A stretch of DNA of 62,809 bases, counting the filler, from Chiloscyllium plagiosum (lineage: Eukaryota): NCBI RefSeq assembly GCF_004010195.1. It is 3 parts of one record of this genome, joined end to end, with 100 filler letters (N's around TTAATTAATTAA, not from the genome) between each part and the next. Parts side by side here need not be neighbours in the genome. Positions count along the whole stretch, not along the records: positions 1 to 17,746 come from NC_057717.1; 2 more parts are not named here. One strand, given 5' to 3'. Each line of letters opens with the position of its first letter. The first letter of the stretch is position 1. The notes under the pieces are model-generated. The model was not told the DNA's origin. It was given only the letters and a program-made list of their open reading frames with translations, and did no database searches. Positions 1 through 11,905 of the stretch are shown here, in pieces. The position numbers and the translations under genes are program-made.

Positions 1-655
1 ATTTTGAGGGATCTATGGACACGGACCCCATGATCTCTCTGTTCCTCCGCACTGCCAAGTATTCTGCCTTTCACCCTGTATTCTATATTCAGGTTCGACC
101 TTCCAGAATGAATCACTTCACACTTTTCCAGATTGAACTCCGTCTGCCACTTCAAGCCCAGCTCTGCGTCCTGTCAATGTCCCATTGCAACCTACAACAG
201 CCCTTCACATTACCCACGACTCCACCAACCTTGGTGTGATTGGCAAACTTACTAATCCACTCTCCCACATCCACATCCAAGTCATTTACAAAAATCACAA
301 AGAGCAGAGTCCCAGAGCCGATTGTTACAGAACACCACTGGTCACTGAGCTCCAGGCTCAATACTGTCCATCTGCAGCCATACTCTGTCTTCTCTGGGCC
401 ATCCAATCCTGTATCCAGACAGACAGATTTCCCTGTATACCAATCATCTTTCTTTTCTAAATGAGACATCAACGTATTCTGTCATATCCTCAAAAGATTC
501 AATAAGGTTTGTGAGGCATGACCTGCCCCTCACAAACCCATGCTGTCTCTAATTTAACTATGGCTTTCCAAGTAGTCATAAATCCTTTCTTTAGAGTCCT
601 CGCTAATAATCTGCACACCACAAACACTCGACCAAATCTGTAATTTCCAGAATTC
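1..655 (-). mobile_element. CR1-clade LINE RT fragment (degenerate)
   Basis: Minus ORF 152..472 reads LLFVIFVNDLDVDVGEWISKFANHTKVGGVV...LQWDIDRTQSWA, the CR1 RT INDLD/KFADDTK region with the catalytic DD mutated. Confidence 0.85.
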
Positions 656-719
656 TACCTCCGTAATATGGTCCAGACGCTACAAATCTTCTCTCCTCTG
701 CCATGATCCCCAGAACGGC

Positions 720-2700
720 ACTGGTGGGGATTACAGAGTCAGGGAAGGATATCAGGACAGGAGGATTTTGCAGACATTAGGAGGGTTGCAGTGCCAAAAG
801 GAGGCTACAGTACTTGTGAGGTTTCATGGTGATGAAGGCATTTGAGGAGGGAGGGAGGGAGGGAGGATTGTAGGGAAATGAGAGGTTTCACAGTTTAGGT
901 GTTTTGTTAGGGCTGCAAGTGGTTACTGAGTTGGGGAGGGTGTAAGCACTGGTGGATATTACATAAACATGTGGTTTTGGTTGCGATGCAGGAAGAGGAT
1001 TCAGGAAGCTGGGGAGTATGGGGCCTGAACGAGGTTACACAAATGGGAAGAGTTGTCAGGAGTGGAGGTGTTTACAGAGACAACAATGGTCTGATCTGGA
1101 GCAGAGGACCCAGATTGGGAGGGATGTGGGGACTGGAGGGAATTTCACAGGGGAGGAGGACCATAGAGCCACAGGAAGTTACAGAAATGTGGAGAACTGT
1201 AGGGCTGACGGGTTCATGGAGTTGGGAATGTTGGGAGGGATAGAGAAGTTTTCAGGGATAAGGATGTTTGTAGGACAGGGCTGGAATACACAGACAGGGA
1301 CTGTTTTGGGGAGCTGAGCAGATTACAGAGATAAAGAGGTTTGTATCATCTAGCAGAACAAACAGAGATATTGAGGGTCATCGTGACTGAAGATGTTTAT
1401 AGACATAGGAAGGCTTAGGTTTTGGGGGTTATTTAGACATGGAGGCTGTGGAATCTGGATCCTTGTTTAAGAGATTGGGTAGCAAGTCTGGTTGGAGACA
1501 GTTTCACAGATAAGGGAGCATAGCACAAACAGAAGGAAGTTCCTGAGGTAGGGAGGGTTCGAGTGGAGAGTGATGTTTACACAGATGGGGGTAAGAGCTG
1601 GAGAAGGTTATGGAGATGAGTAAATGTTTGGAGATACAGGAGGAGCTAGATTGACAGGGTGGGTGATAGTGACAGGAGGATGCTACATTGTTAATGAGCC
1701 TTGTAGGAACAGGATTGGGAGAGACACAGGCATTGGAGTGGGATCTACAGATCGGGAGTGTTGCAGGGACCTGAGAGGAGAACACAGATAGGGATGGTGG
1801 TAGGGTCTCCACAGACTGATGGCGTTTTAGGGAATGGAAGAGGTTTGGTAGATAGGGAGGTCTGTAAGAGCTGCAGGAGCTTATGGAGAGTTGAAGAGTT
1901 GGAGCAGTTCACAAAGAGAGGGTTCTCAGACAGGAGTAGGTCACAGATAGTGAGGGTTTTTGTCCGGAGAAAGATAAGAGAGGGGAGTTTTTGAGACTGG
2001 TAGATATTACACTGACAGGGACAGTTGAAGAGACTATAGCAAAAATGCATGAGAATGTTACACAGATAGGGAGGTGAGTAGGGACTGAACGTGAATACAC
2101 AAACATGGAGGGTTGTATTGTTAGATGGAGCTGAGAGGGATAGAGACTGTTGTAGAGATTTATACAGATAGGGAAGGTTGTGTATTTGGTGAAGGTTACA
2201 CTGATACAGACATTGTTAAAGAGTGTTTAATGGACTACAGAGGATCTCAGACAGAATGTTTTATTGGGAGTGGAGGAGATTACAGACACAGAGATGGCTG
2301 TCAGTTTGAAAAGAGCTTCTACAGATCCTCAGTGCTGTAAGGCTGAAGGGAAGTTACAATAATAAGAGTTACATACACTTAATACCTTTTTTGATATAGA
2401 GAAAGTCTCAGAACGGGATTGTCAAAAGGAAGTATAGACAGTCCAAATGAGTTTACAGTGATATAAATGTTTTGGGGGTTTCAGTAGGGAACAGTGATTG
2501 GGAGTGCTGTAACGAATGGCAATAGTTATAGAGAGGGTTCTAAAAACAGGAAGAGGTGACAGTCACATCGATCTTTGTAAGGACTGGAGAAGGTTACATC
2601 GCCAAGGAATGTTCTAGAAACTGTTGTAGATTACACATATAAGGAGAGTATTGGGGATGACGCAAGGTTCAACAGACAGGGATGGTTGACAGGACTGGAC
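720..2700 (+). repeat. Degenerate G-rich ~37-bp minisatellite block
   Basis: Recurring variants of GGGACTGGAGGAGGTTACAGAGATAGGGAGGGTTGTA with strong purine bias on the + strand. Confidence 0.75.
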
Positions 2701-2709
2701 AATAACCTG

Positions 2710-2990
2710 AATAGAATCTCCACAGCCCAACAAGTCCACACCAACCCTCTAAAGAGCATCCTAACCAGACCCATCCCTCTCCCTGTCCAATAAACCCTGC
2801 ATTCCTCATTGTGAACTCACCTAAACCACACTTGCCTGAATACTACAGTCAATTTATGATGGCCAATCACGTATCGTGCAAATGTTGGACTATGGCAGGA
2901 AACCAGATCACTTGGAAGAAACCCACACAGTCGGGGGGAGAGCATGCATAGTCCACACAGACAGTGGCCAAGGCTGGAATTGAAGCACAG
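2710..2990 (-). mobile_element. Old HE1/V-SINE-type tRNA-derived SINE
   Basis: Matches the younger copy at 12804-13082 (cccaacaagtccacacc...ccacacagacagt...ggaattgaa). Confidence 0.75.
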
Positions 2991-3234
2991 TGAGGCTGAT
3001 TATACAGAGCACTGCAGAGATTGGACTCATTCACAAAGTTCACAGGGATTTATTGGAAGAGGAGGAAAATATAGTCAGGAACAGGAAGAGCTTACATAGA
3101 TGGTGTCCATGAGAGGGACTGGAGGAGGTTAACGCAATAGGGAGGGTTATGCATTCTCTCGACAATTAGAGGTAGGGGCGATTGGGGAGACTGGGTGAAG
3201 TTAGTCATACTCAGAGTTGTACACACTCTGAGTA

Positions 3235-4890
3235 ATGGCAGATGGAGTTTACTTCTGATCACTGTGAGGTAATGCACTGTGGGAAGTCTCATAAGCGAAG
3301 GATATACATCATGAAAGGTCCTCCTGGAGAACTGAGTAACACCGGGACCTTGGTGGGCAAGTCCCTGGATGTCTGAAGGTGTCAGCACAGGTTGACAGGT
3401 TGGGGAAGGCACCTGAACTGGGAGCAGGAGGCGGACCCACATCCTGATGGGCAAATTGTTAGAGCTGCTTGAGAGGATATAATCTAATCTGGGAGGGTGT
3501 TGCACCTTAAACAGTCATAAGGCCAGAAAGAAGATTGAGATTGGTGTACAAGTTAAAGACAGTAATTTCAGCAGACAAGGCAGGCAAGATCATAGCAGGA
3601 AATGGGGTAGGGGTAACTGATGATGAAAGTGCATTTAGTTCAATGCAAAGGGCGCGACAGCTAAGGAAGATGAACTAGTTCAATGCAAAGGGCGCGACAG
3701 CTAAGGAAGATGAACTCGGGGCATGGATTGGAACATGGGACTGGGATATTATAGTTATTACAGAAACAAAGCTGATGGAGGGACAGGACTGGCAGTTCAT
3801 TGTTTCAAGGTGGAGATGTTACAGGAAGCATCGAAGGTGAGGAAAGAGAGGACGCGTGGTGGTGGGGTTTGATGGCATGAATCACCCCAGCAGTACTTAG
3901 AGAGGATATTCCTGTGGGATCACCCAGTGAAGCTATGTTAGTGGAACTGATAAAGAAGAATCGGTCATCACTCTGACACGATTGTCCTACTGACCCCGAA
4001 TAATCTGTGGCAGACTGAGGAACAAATATGTCGGGAGGTCTCAAATATCAATCATAACAATAGGGCTGATATGGTTGGGGTTTTTAAACTTTCCAAACCT
4101 AGAATGGGAGTGCCAGTGTTCAGTGTTTAAGAGAGGAATTTGGTAATTGTGTTCCAGAAAACTCCCAATCAATATGCAAATGCCTGAAAAGAGAAAGGGG
4201 CAAAACCTGACCTCCCCTTGGGAAACAAGGTATGGAAAAGGACTGAGGTGTTCGTGGTAAAGCATTTTGCCAAAGTGACCACAGCTCTATTAGTTTGAAA
4301 ACAGCTATGGAAAAGGACAGGCCTGGTCCAAAGCTTCAAGTTATAAAATTGGGCCAGACCAATCTTGATCCTATTAGCCAGGAACTTTCAAAAGGTGATT
4401 GGAGAGTCTATTGGAATGGAAAGGAAAGTTTGGCAAGTGAGAATATTTTAAAAGTGAGATAAATGGAGCGATCACCACCAGCATGTTCCTGTTTGTGTGC
4501 AGGTTAATGCTGACAGCATTCAGAAACACTGGCTGTATATTGAGGGTCTGGTCAAGGAAAAGGGGGCACATGTCAGGTATAGCCAGCTGGATCAAGGGAA
4601 TCCCTGAGGATCACAGGGGCTGTAGGAGTATACTTTGTGTAGAAATCAGGATTGCAAAAAGTGTACATGAAATAGCCTCAGCCGAGAATGATAATGAGAA
4701 TCCAAAAGTGATTGTATAAATATATTAAGAGTAAAAGTGTAACTCGGACAAAATAGTGTCCCTTAAAGATCAATGAGACCATTGGTGTGTGGAACCGCAG
4801 GATATGGCTAAGACCATAAACACATTTTCTACTCCAGAACTCACTGTGGACAAAGACTGTTGAACTCACAGAACAAGAGTAATATGTTAG
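3235..4890 (+). mobile_element. CR1 LINE remnants: short RT piece, then ORF1 end, APE endonuclease and linker
   Basis: gcatggattggaacatgggactgggatattatagttattacagaaaca translates to AWIGTWDWDIIVITET (APE N-terminus); many stops and frameshifts; paralogous to 36740-37850. Confidence 0.75.
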
Positions 4891-4899
4891 ACCACATTT

Positions 4900-5415
4900 G
4901 GAGTTCTCTGCAATTTCAGTTTCCCCGCTATAGAAAGGATGTTAGGAAAGTTGAATGTGTTCGGAAAAGATTTACAAGATGTTGCCAGGGTTGTTGCTGA
5001 ATAAGCTGGGGTTATTTTCCCTGGAGCATCGGAGACTGACGGGTGACCTGACAGAAGTTTATATAAATATGAGGGGCATGGATAGGGTAAACATTCAAGG
5101 TCTTTTCCCAGGGGTTGGAGAGTCCAAAACGAGAGGGCACAGGTTTAAGGTTAAAGGGGAAAGGTTTAAAAGGGATTGAAGAGACAGCTTTTTTATGCAC
5201 ACAGTGATGTGTGTATGGAATGAGCTGAGAGAGAAAGTAGCAAATACTGAGACTATAACAATATTTAAAAGGTATCTGGATGGGTATATGAATAATAAGG
5301 GTTTAGAGGTACATGGACCAAATGCCGATAAATGGGATAGATGTATTTAGATCTTCTGGTCAGCATGGATGTGTTGGACTGAAGGCTCTGTTTCCATGCT
5401 GTCTATCTCTCTGAC
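4900..5415 (+). mobile_element. CR1 LINE 3' end
   Basis: ORF 4955..5179 LGLFSLEHRRLTGDLTEVY..MRGMDRV..KTRGHRFKV, followed by the 3' UTR and a tctatctctctgact tail. Confidence 0.85.
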
Positions 5416-5419
5416 TTGA

Positions 5420-6345
5420 AAAGAGTGCATGTTATAGAAGAGGTGGTGCTGGAGATTTTAAAACACAAAGGTATGGAAAGACCCAGGACCTGATTAAGTG
5501 TATCACAGGACATTGTGCGATGCTAAGGAAGAAATTGTGGAGCCCCGAGCAAAGATATTTGTACCATTGACAGCCATGTGTGATTTGCTTGAAGCGGGGG
5601 GGGCGCGGTGGTGGCATAATGGGCAGTGAAGGAAGATTTTTGAGATTACAAAGGGATCTTGATGAAATAGGTGAATGGGCTGAAAAGCTGTAGATGGAAT
5701 TCAATCTGAATAAATGCATGGTAGTGCACTTGGTAAAACAAACAAGGATAGAGCTGCTACAATTAATGTTTGGGCCTCGGTTAGTGTTTTAGTGCAGAGG
5801 GACCTCCGGGTACAGGTACATAATTCTTGAAGCTTGCATCACATGATGGATAAGACAGTGATTGGCATGCCTGACTATTGCTCAGTCCATTGAGTGTAGG
5901 ATTTGGGACATCATGTTGAGATTGCGCAGACATTTGTGAGGCCTGTTCTGCAAGACTCTGTCCATTTCTGGTCGCCCAGTTATACGGAGGATATTATAAA
6001 GCTGCAGGGGTTCAGAAGAGATTTACCAGGATGTTGCTGAATATGGAAGGCTTGAGTCCTGAAAAATGGCTGGATAGGCTGCGTCTTTTTTCACTGGAGT
6101 TTGTGATGTGATGTTATAAAAGTTTGGTTTTAAAAATTAGGTATATAGATCGATTTAATGGTCGTTGTCTTTTCCGCGGGATGGTGGAGTCTCAAGAGGA
6201 GAAACCACATTTTTAAGGTTAGAAGAGAGAGATTTTCATAAAAAGAAGACGTGGGGACAAATTGTTACTCAGAGGGTGTTTTGATTGTGGAATGAACTTC
6301 CTGAGGAAGGGGTGGATGTGGGTACAATTACAACGTTTAAAAGAC
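5420..6345 (+). mobile_element. CR1 LINE RT/C-terminal fragments (degenerate)
   Basis: gatgaaataggtgaatgggctgaaaag...atggaattcaatctgaataaatgc (WA..MEFN..KC) and the downstream C-terminal region. Confidence 0.75.
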
Positions 6346-6349
6346 AGAG

Positions 6350-7410
6350 ATACTAAACGAGTATTTTGCATCAATTTTTACTGTGGAAAAGGATATGGAA
6401 GATATACAATGTAGGGAAATACATGGCGACATCTTGCAAAATGTACAAATTACAGAGGAGCAAGTGTTGGATGTCTTGAAATGCATAAAGGTGGGTAAAG
6501 TCACAGAACCTGATCAGGTGTACCTTTGAACTCTGTGGGAAGCTAGAGGAATGATATTTGACCCTCTTGCTGAGATATTTGTGTCATCGATAGTCACAGG
6601 TGAGGTGCTAGAAGACTGGAGATTGACAAACGTGGTGCCACTGTTTAAGAAGGGCGGTAAGGACAAGCCAGGGAACTATAGACGGGTGAGCCTGACCTCG
6701 GCGGTGGACAGGTTGTTGGAGGGAGTCCTGACGGACAGAATGTACACGCATTTGGAAAGGCAAGGACTGATTAGGGATAGTCAACATGGCTTTGTGCGTG
6801 GGAGATCATATCTCGCAAACTTGATTGAGTTTTTTGAAGAAGTAACAAAGAGGATTTATGAGAGCAGAGCAGTAGATGTGATCTATATGGATTTCAGTAA
6901 GGCGTACGACAGGTTTCCCCATGGGAGACTGACGAGCAAGGTTAGATCTCACGGAATGCAGGGAGAACTAGCTATTTGGATACAGAACTGGCTCAAAGGT
7001 AGAAGACAGAGTGTGGTGGTGGAGGGTTGCTTATCAGACTGGAGACCTGTGACCAGTGGAGTGCCACAAGGATTGGGCCTAAGAATGGTGAATAGCCAAG
7101 GGTAAGGCAGTCCAAAACTCGAGGGTACAAACTGGAGGTGAGAGAGCAAAGATTTACAGAGGAAGCTGAGGGGCAACATTATCCACAGAGGATGGTGCAC
7201 AGACAGAACAGACTGCCAGGGGCACATGGGAGAAACAAGAACAATGACAACATGGAAAACACATTTTGGCAGGTACATGGAGAGGTGAAGGTTTGAAGAG
7301 CTAAGGGCCAAACGCAGGCAAATGAGATTCATTCAGTATATGAAACATGGGCAGCATTGATAAGTTGGTCCACAGTTTCTGTTTCCGTGCTGTATCACTC
7401 TGTATCCAAT
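6350..7410 (+). mobile_element. CR1 LINE RT fragment joined to a CR1 3' end
   Basis: ORF 6551..7105: DWRLTNVVPLFKKGGKDKPGNYRRVSLTS, SQHGF, DVIYMDFSKAYD, SGVPQG. Truncated after VPQG. Confidence 0.9.
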
Positions 7411-7639
7411 TAAAGAGGATTACAGTACCGAAATAAAGCATGCTGTAGACACTGAACCAAGTTACAGCGATAGGGTTGGTAGTCTGGAATGCAGTACGTT
7501 TCAAATATGTTTAGGGACTATCGGGAAGGGAGGAGGTTACAGGGACAGGAACTGTTATAGGAGTTAAAAATGACTGAAGACACTGGTGCACATGCCATAC
7601 CGTAGGTACAGTGTTGCAGAGTAGTGGGTCTTAGTACAG

Positions 7640-8280
7640 TGATGGAGGGAGAACACAGAACAGAAAGATCCCACGCAGCATTCCCAACCTCTCGTCGGAG
7701 GCCTGCCTTAACCTCTATTGTGCTGATGCTCACTAAGACAGCGCAGGTCTGGATTGATAACTATGAACTCCCCACGCTGTCCCAGTGCAACGTAAGTTAA
7801 TGTAGACGTGGTGTTTGAGCTAGGGGTGCGTCTGTACTGTACTGTGTTCCCCCTCCAGCACTGCATCTATGTCATGTCTTGTTAGCAATGTTAGGAGCCC
7901 TTTCATTGCTCTCTGCTCTTTGCACTGAGTGATATTACCTCACTGCCGGATTTATTGAAGTCTCCACATATCTCTGCCTTTTGTCTCTGTGGCTGACCAA
8001 TCATCTTCAACGAGGTGTTGGACGACACACCCAGCAATTGGGAAGTCTATTGAGTCAGGAACTTCCTGAGTACCGACAGGAGACAGAATGGAAAATTAGA
8101 CTGATGCAGTGAGGGTTATACATGGAGAATGGAAATGAGCCCCACACATATCTGGAACATCCCACTCCATTCCTGGCCTATGCTGTTGCATCTCTCTGGG
8201 GTGGAGAATTATGTTGGTTCAGGATCTGGAATAATTGCAAGAGCAGGAGGCGCTGACATAAGCGGCAAGTAGACCCACAC
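7640..8280 (-). promoter_or_regulatory. Putative decayed Pol II promoter/first-exon-like unit, copy 1
   Basis: Minus strand: AP-1 TGACTCA (8051-8057) next to CAGGAAGTTCCTG, TATA-like AATAAA (7951-7956), Inr-like TCACTC (7927-7932), ATG at 7904-7906. Aligns with 27770-28330. Confidence 0.3.
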
Positions 8281-8429
8281 AGTGAAGGATACCACATGGA
8301 GAGAGACTGAGTGATACTACTAGAGTGCTGGAAGACCTCAGGATCACACAGTCATGTTGGAAGAATGGGTTTAGCTTCATGATGCCCTGGTATCAGTGCT
8401 CAGGGATGAGCAACGAGTGAGCAAGCGAA

Positions 8430-8800
8430 GTGATGGCCGAGTGGTATTGTTGCTAGAGCATGTATCCAAAACCTCAGCTAATGTTCAGGGGAAGTGGGTT
8501 TGAATCCCATAATCAGAAATGGTGGAAGTTGAAATCAATAATTTTTAAAATAGTAATTAACAATCCACAAATAAATATGAAACCATTGCTGATGTACAAA
8601 AAACCAAAACACTTGTCCTTCAGATAAGGACATGTGCTCATCCACACGTGTTCTGCACGACGTACCCACAGCAAAATGTTTGCCTCTTAATTACCCTCTG
8701 AAACGGCTGAGCAAGTTACTCAGCTCGAAGGAAGCTAGGGCTGGGCAAGAAAGGCTGTTAACCAGAGACACCCACATCCCATACCTGATTTCAAAAATAA
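8430..8800 (+). mobile_element. SacSINE1/DeuSINE-like SINE (old)
   Basis: A-box tggccgagtgg, B-box gggtttgaatccc, then atggtggaagttgaaatcaataa and a ccacatcccat tail. Confidence 0.6.
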
Positions 8801-11084
8801 TCCATTAGGATGATCCCACTGAAACTGTGCTGGGACCAGTGTCCTGGCCAATCATGTCGGTAGGTTCTGGACAGGGTTTTCAACTGACAGAAAGGATGCA
8901 GGGACAGGGTTCAGGTGAAAGGAGCTTTCCAAATTCAAAGAGAAAAGGCGAAGTATGGGAGCAGCATGGGAATATGGCTGAAGACAAGCAGAAAGGAACA
9001 GGAAGGGACAGATTTAACTTAGAATGTGCATCAGGGAATCGGTTTGTGACAGGAAATTGTGGGAAAAAGTAAATTATGTTTTTTTTTGGAATGGATAATG
9101 TCTCATCAATAAGGTAGATTGATTTGTGATACAGAGATAAAAAGAGATTTAGACACCAGAGAGACGTGTTTACTGGAAGAACAAAAGGTGGACATAAATA
9201 GTCAATGGTTCGCAACCTTGTGAAACTCAGGCAAAATGGGCAACACTATCAGTAATGGATAACAAAGGCATTACAGGGAAATCATTTGGCCTCAGATCAT
9301 GAAGTAGAGTCAGTCTGAATGTAAATTCTGGTACTACTTGCCAAGGACACAAGCAGCAGAACAGTTTTAGCCACGGAACAGTATTCCATTGCTCATCACT
9401 GCATTACACAGGAACTCATTGGCATTTTTTAACAAACACATTGTGATAATTTTGCAAAACTTCAATATTCACATGATCTGGGACAGTGACATTGGAAGAA
9501 GAGTTCAGAGATTTTTTTTTTTCAGTGTTTCTTTGAATAACACATTGTGCAACTGGCTAGGGACAGAACAATATCAGAGCGACCGTGTGACGAAACTTAG
9601 TGAATGTGTAATGTCACCTGCAGAGAATCTCCGGGAAATTGTGATAAAGTTCAGTTTAAAGAAATATAAAGTTTTAAAGTGAATCACAGAAAGGACAAGC
9701 TACAACGAGAAACAAAAACAGCCAACTTCATGAGATTGAGATGAGAACTGACCAAGGTAAAGGGGCAAAACAGACTGAAATATGTGCCTGTAAATGAATA
9801 GTGGAAAACATTTGAAGGAACAGTCTAAATCACTCAACAAAAGAACATTCCATTGAAACAAACAAAACCTCAGTAAGAAATCCACACCGGCCCCTTTCTC
9901 AGGACAAAATGTACCATATTAGATTATGAGGCTGAGAAGATCACCAAAAAGTACTTAAAATCCTGAAGTGAGAGACTGTTTTAGGAGTAAGTTTTAAAGG
10001 GATTGCAAAGGGTCCGCTATCAGGAGGAGGGCAGTGGGAAGGGGAATCATTGTCAGGGTTTAATATCACAAAAGGAACAGGGAGAAGTGAAGGTGCTGGA
10101 GGTGGTGAGATTGTTACAGAGAGTGGTCAGGGCCAGAACGGTGTTACAAAGCCTGTACGGTGTTACAAAGCCTGTACGGATTGCTGCAGCTGGAGGGGTT
10201 TGCAGACATAGGGAGGGACATATGTATTTTTATTAATTCATTCATGGGATGTGGGTGTCACTGCTAATTACCCAGACGACAGCTCAGAGTCAGCCATATT
10301 GCAGTGGGTCTGGAGTTACATTTTAGCCAGGCCAGGTTAGAATGTCTGATGTTCGACACAAGAGGAGGTCAGTGAACCAGATGAGTTCTTCCCACTGATC
10401 AACAATGCTTTTATGTGGCCTGACCAATGTCTTCTACAGATACAACATGACGTTCCAACTCCTTATCTTAATGCTCTGCCCAATGAAGGAAACCAATCCC
10501 ATCGCCTGCTTCACCAGCCTGTCTACCTGCGACACCACTTTCAAAGAACTGTGTACCTGCATCCCTGGATCACTGTTTGACAACACTACCCAGAGCCCGA
10601 ACATTAGCTGTACAAGTCCCACTCTGGTTTGCTTCACCAAAATGGAGCACTTCACATTTATCTAATAAACTCCATCTGCTATTCTTCAGCCCACTGTCCC
10701 AGCAGTACTGTCCATCCTGTTGTATCACAGATAACCTTCATCACTATCCAGTTTACCACCAATTTCAATGTCACCCAATAAACTTACTTAACTTACTCAA
10801 CAATATTCCAATCCAAACCATTTATCCAAATGACAAACAATAGTGGACCCAATACACCGCTGGACACATGCCTCCAGTCAGAAAAAAATGTCGCCTATCT
10901 CCCTCAGTCTCCTACCATCAAGCCCAATTTTCTGTCCAGTCGACTAGCTCCTCCTGAACGCCATATCCTTTGACACTGATCTGAGCTTATTACCCAGCAT
11001 ACCATACGACATGTAGAACACAGAACAAGACTCTTCGTTCATGGTGATATGCCAATCTTTTATCCGACCGTAGGATCAAAAAAA

Positions 11085-11905
11085 AAGTGGTAGATGGAGC
11101 TAATTCAGATAAATGCGAGGTGTTGCATTTTGGGAAAGCAAATCTTAGCTGGACTTATACACTTAATGGTAACCTCCTAGGGAGTATTGCTGAACCAAGA
11201 GACCTTGGAGTGCAGGTTCATAGCACCTTGAAAGTGGAGACGCAGGTAGATAGGATAGTGAAGAAGGCGTTTGGTATGCTTTCGTTTATTGGTCAGAGTA
11301 TTGAGTACAGGAGTTGGGAGGTCATGTTGCGACTGTACAGGACATTGTTAGGCCACTGTTGGAATATTGTGTGCAATTCTGATCTCCTTACAATCGGAAA
11401 GATGTTGGGAAACTTGAAAGTGTTCAGAAAAGATTTACAAGGATGTTGCCAGGGCTGGAGGTTTTGAGCTACAGGGAAAGGCTGAACAGGCTGGGGCTGT
11501 TTTCCCTGGAGCGTCAGAGGCTGAGGGGTGACATTATAGAGGTTTACAAAATTATGAGGGGCATGGATAGGGTAAATAGACAAAGTCTTTTACCTGGGGT
11601 TGGGGTGTCCAGAACTAGAGGGCATAGGTTATGGATGAAAGGGGAAAGATATAAAAGAGACCTAAGGGGCAACTTTTTCATGCAGAGGGTGATATGTGTA
11701 TGGAATTAGCTGCCAGAGGAAGTGTTGGAGGCTGATACCATTGCAACATTTAAGAGGTATTTGGATGGGTATATGAATAGTAGGCTTTTGGAGGGATATG
11801 GACCGGGTGCTGGCAGGTGGGACTAGATTGGGTTGGGATGTCTGGTCGGCAAGGACAGGTTGTACTGAAGTGTCTGTTTCCATGTTGTACATCTCTATGA
11901 CTCTA
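11085..11905 (+). mobile_element. 5'-truncated CR1 LINE insertion (relatively young)
   Basis: ORFs 11087..11467 and 11443..11709 (KCEVLHFG..., LGLFSLERQRLRGD); atctctatgactct tail; absent from the paralog at ~19195. Confidence 0.9.

Noticed and set aside
720..2700. Immunoglobulin switch-like region
   Set aside because: G-rich but not AGCT-dense, and there are no Ig exons in the window.
6551..7105. Longest real ORF (184 aa) as a functional RT gene
   Set aside because: Fragment of CR1 ORF2 that ends before the catalytic motif.
8278..8320. CACAGTG heptamers as V(D)J recombination signals (also ~27068, 44347, 57587)
   Set aside because: No ACAAAAACC-like nonamer at 12/23 spacing and no V, D or J coding segment.
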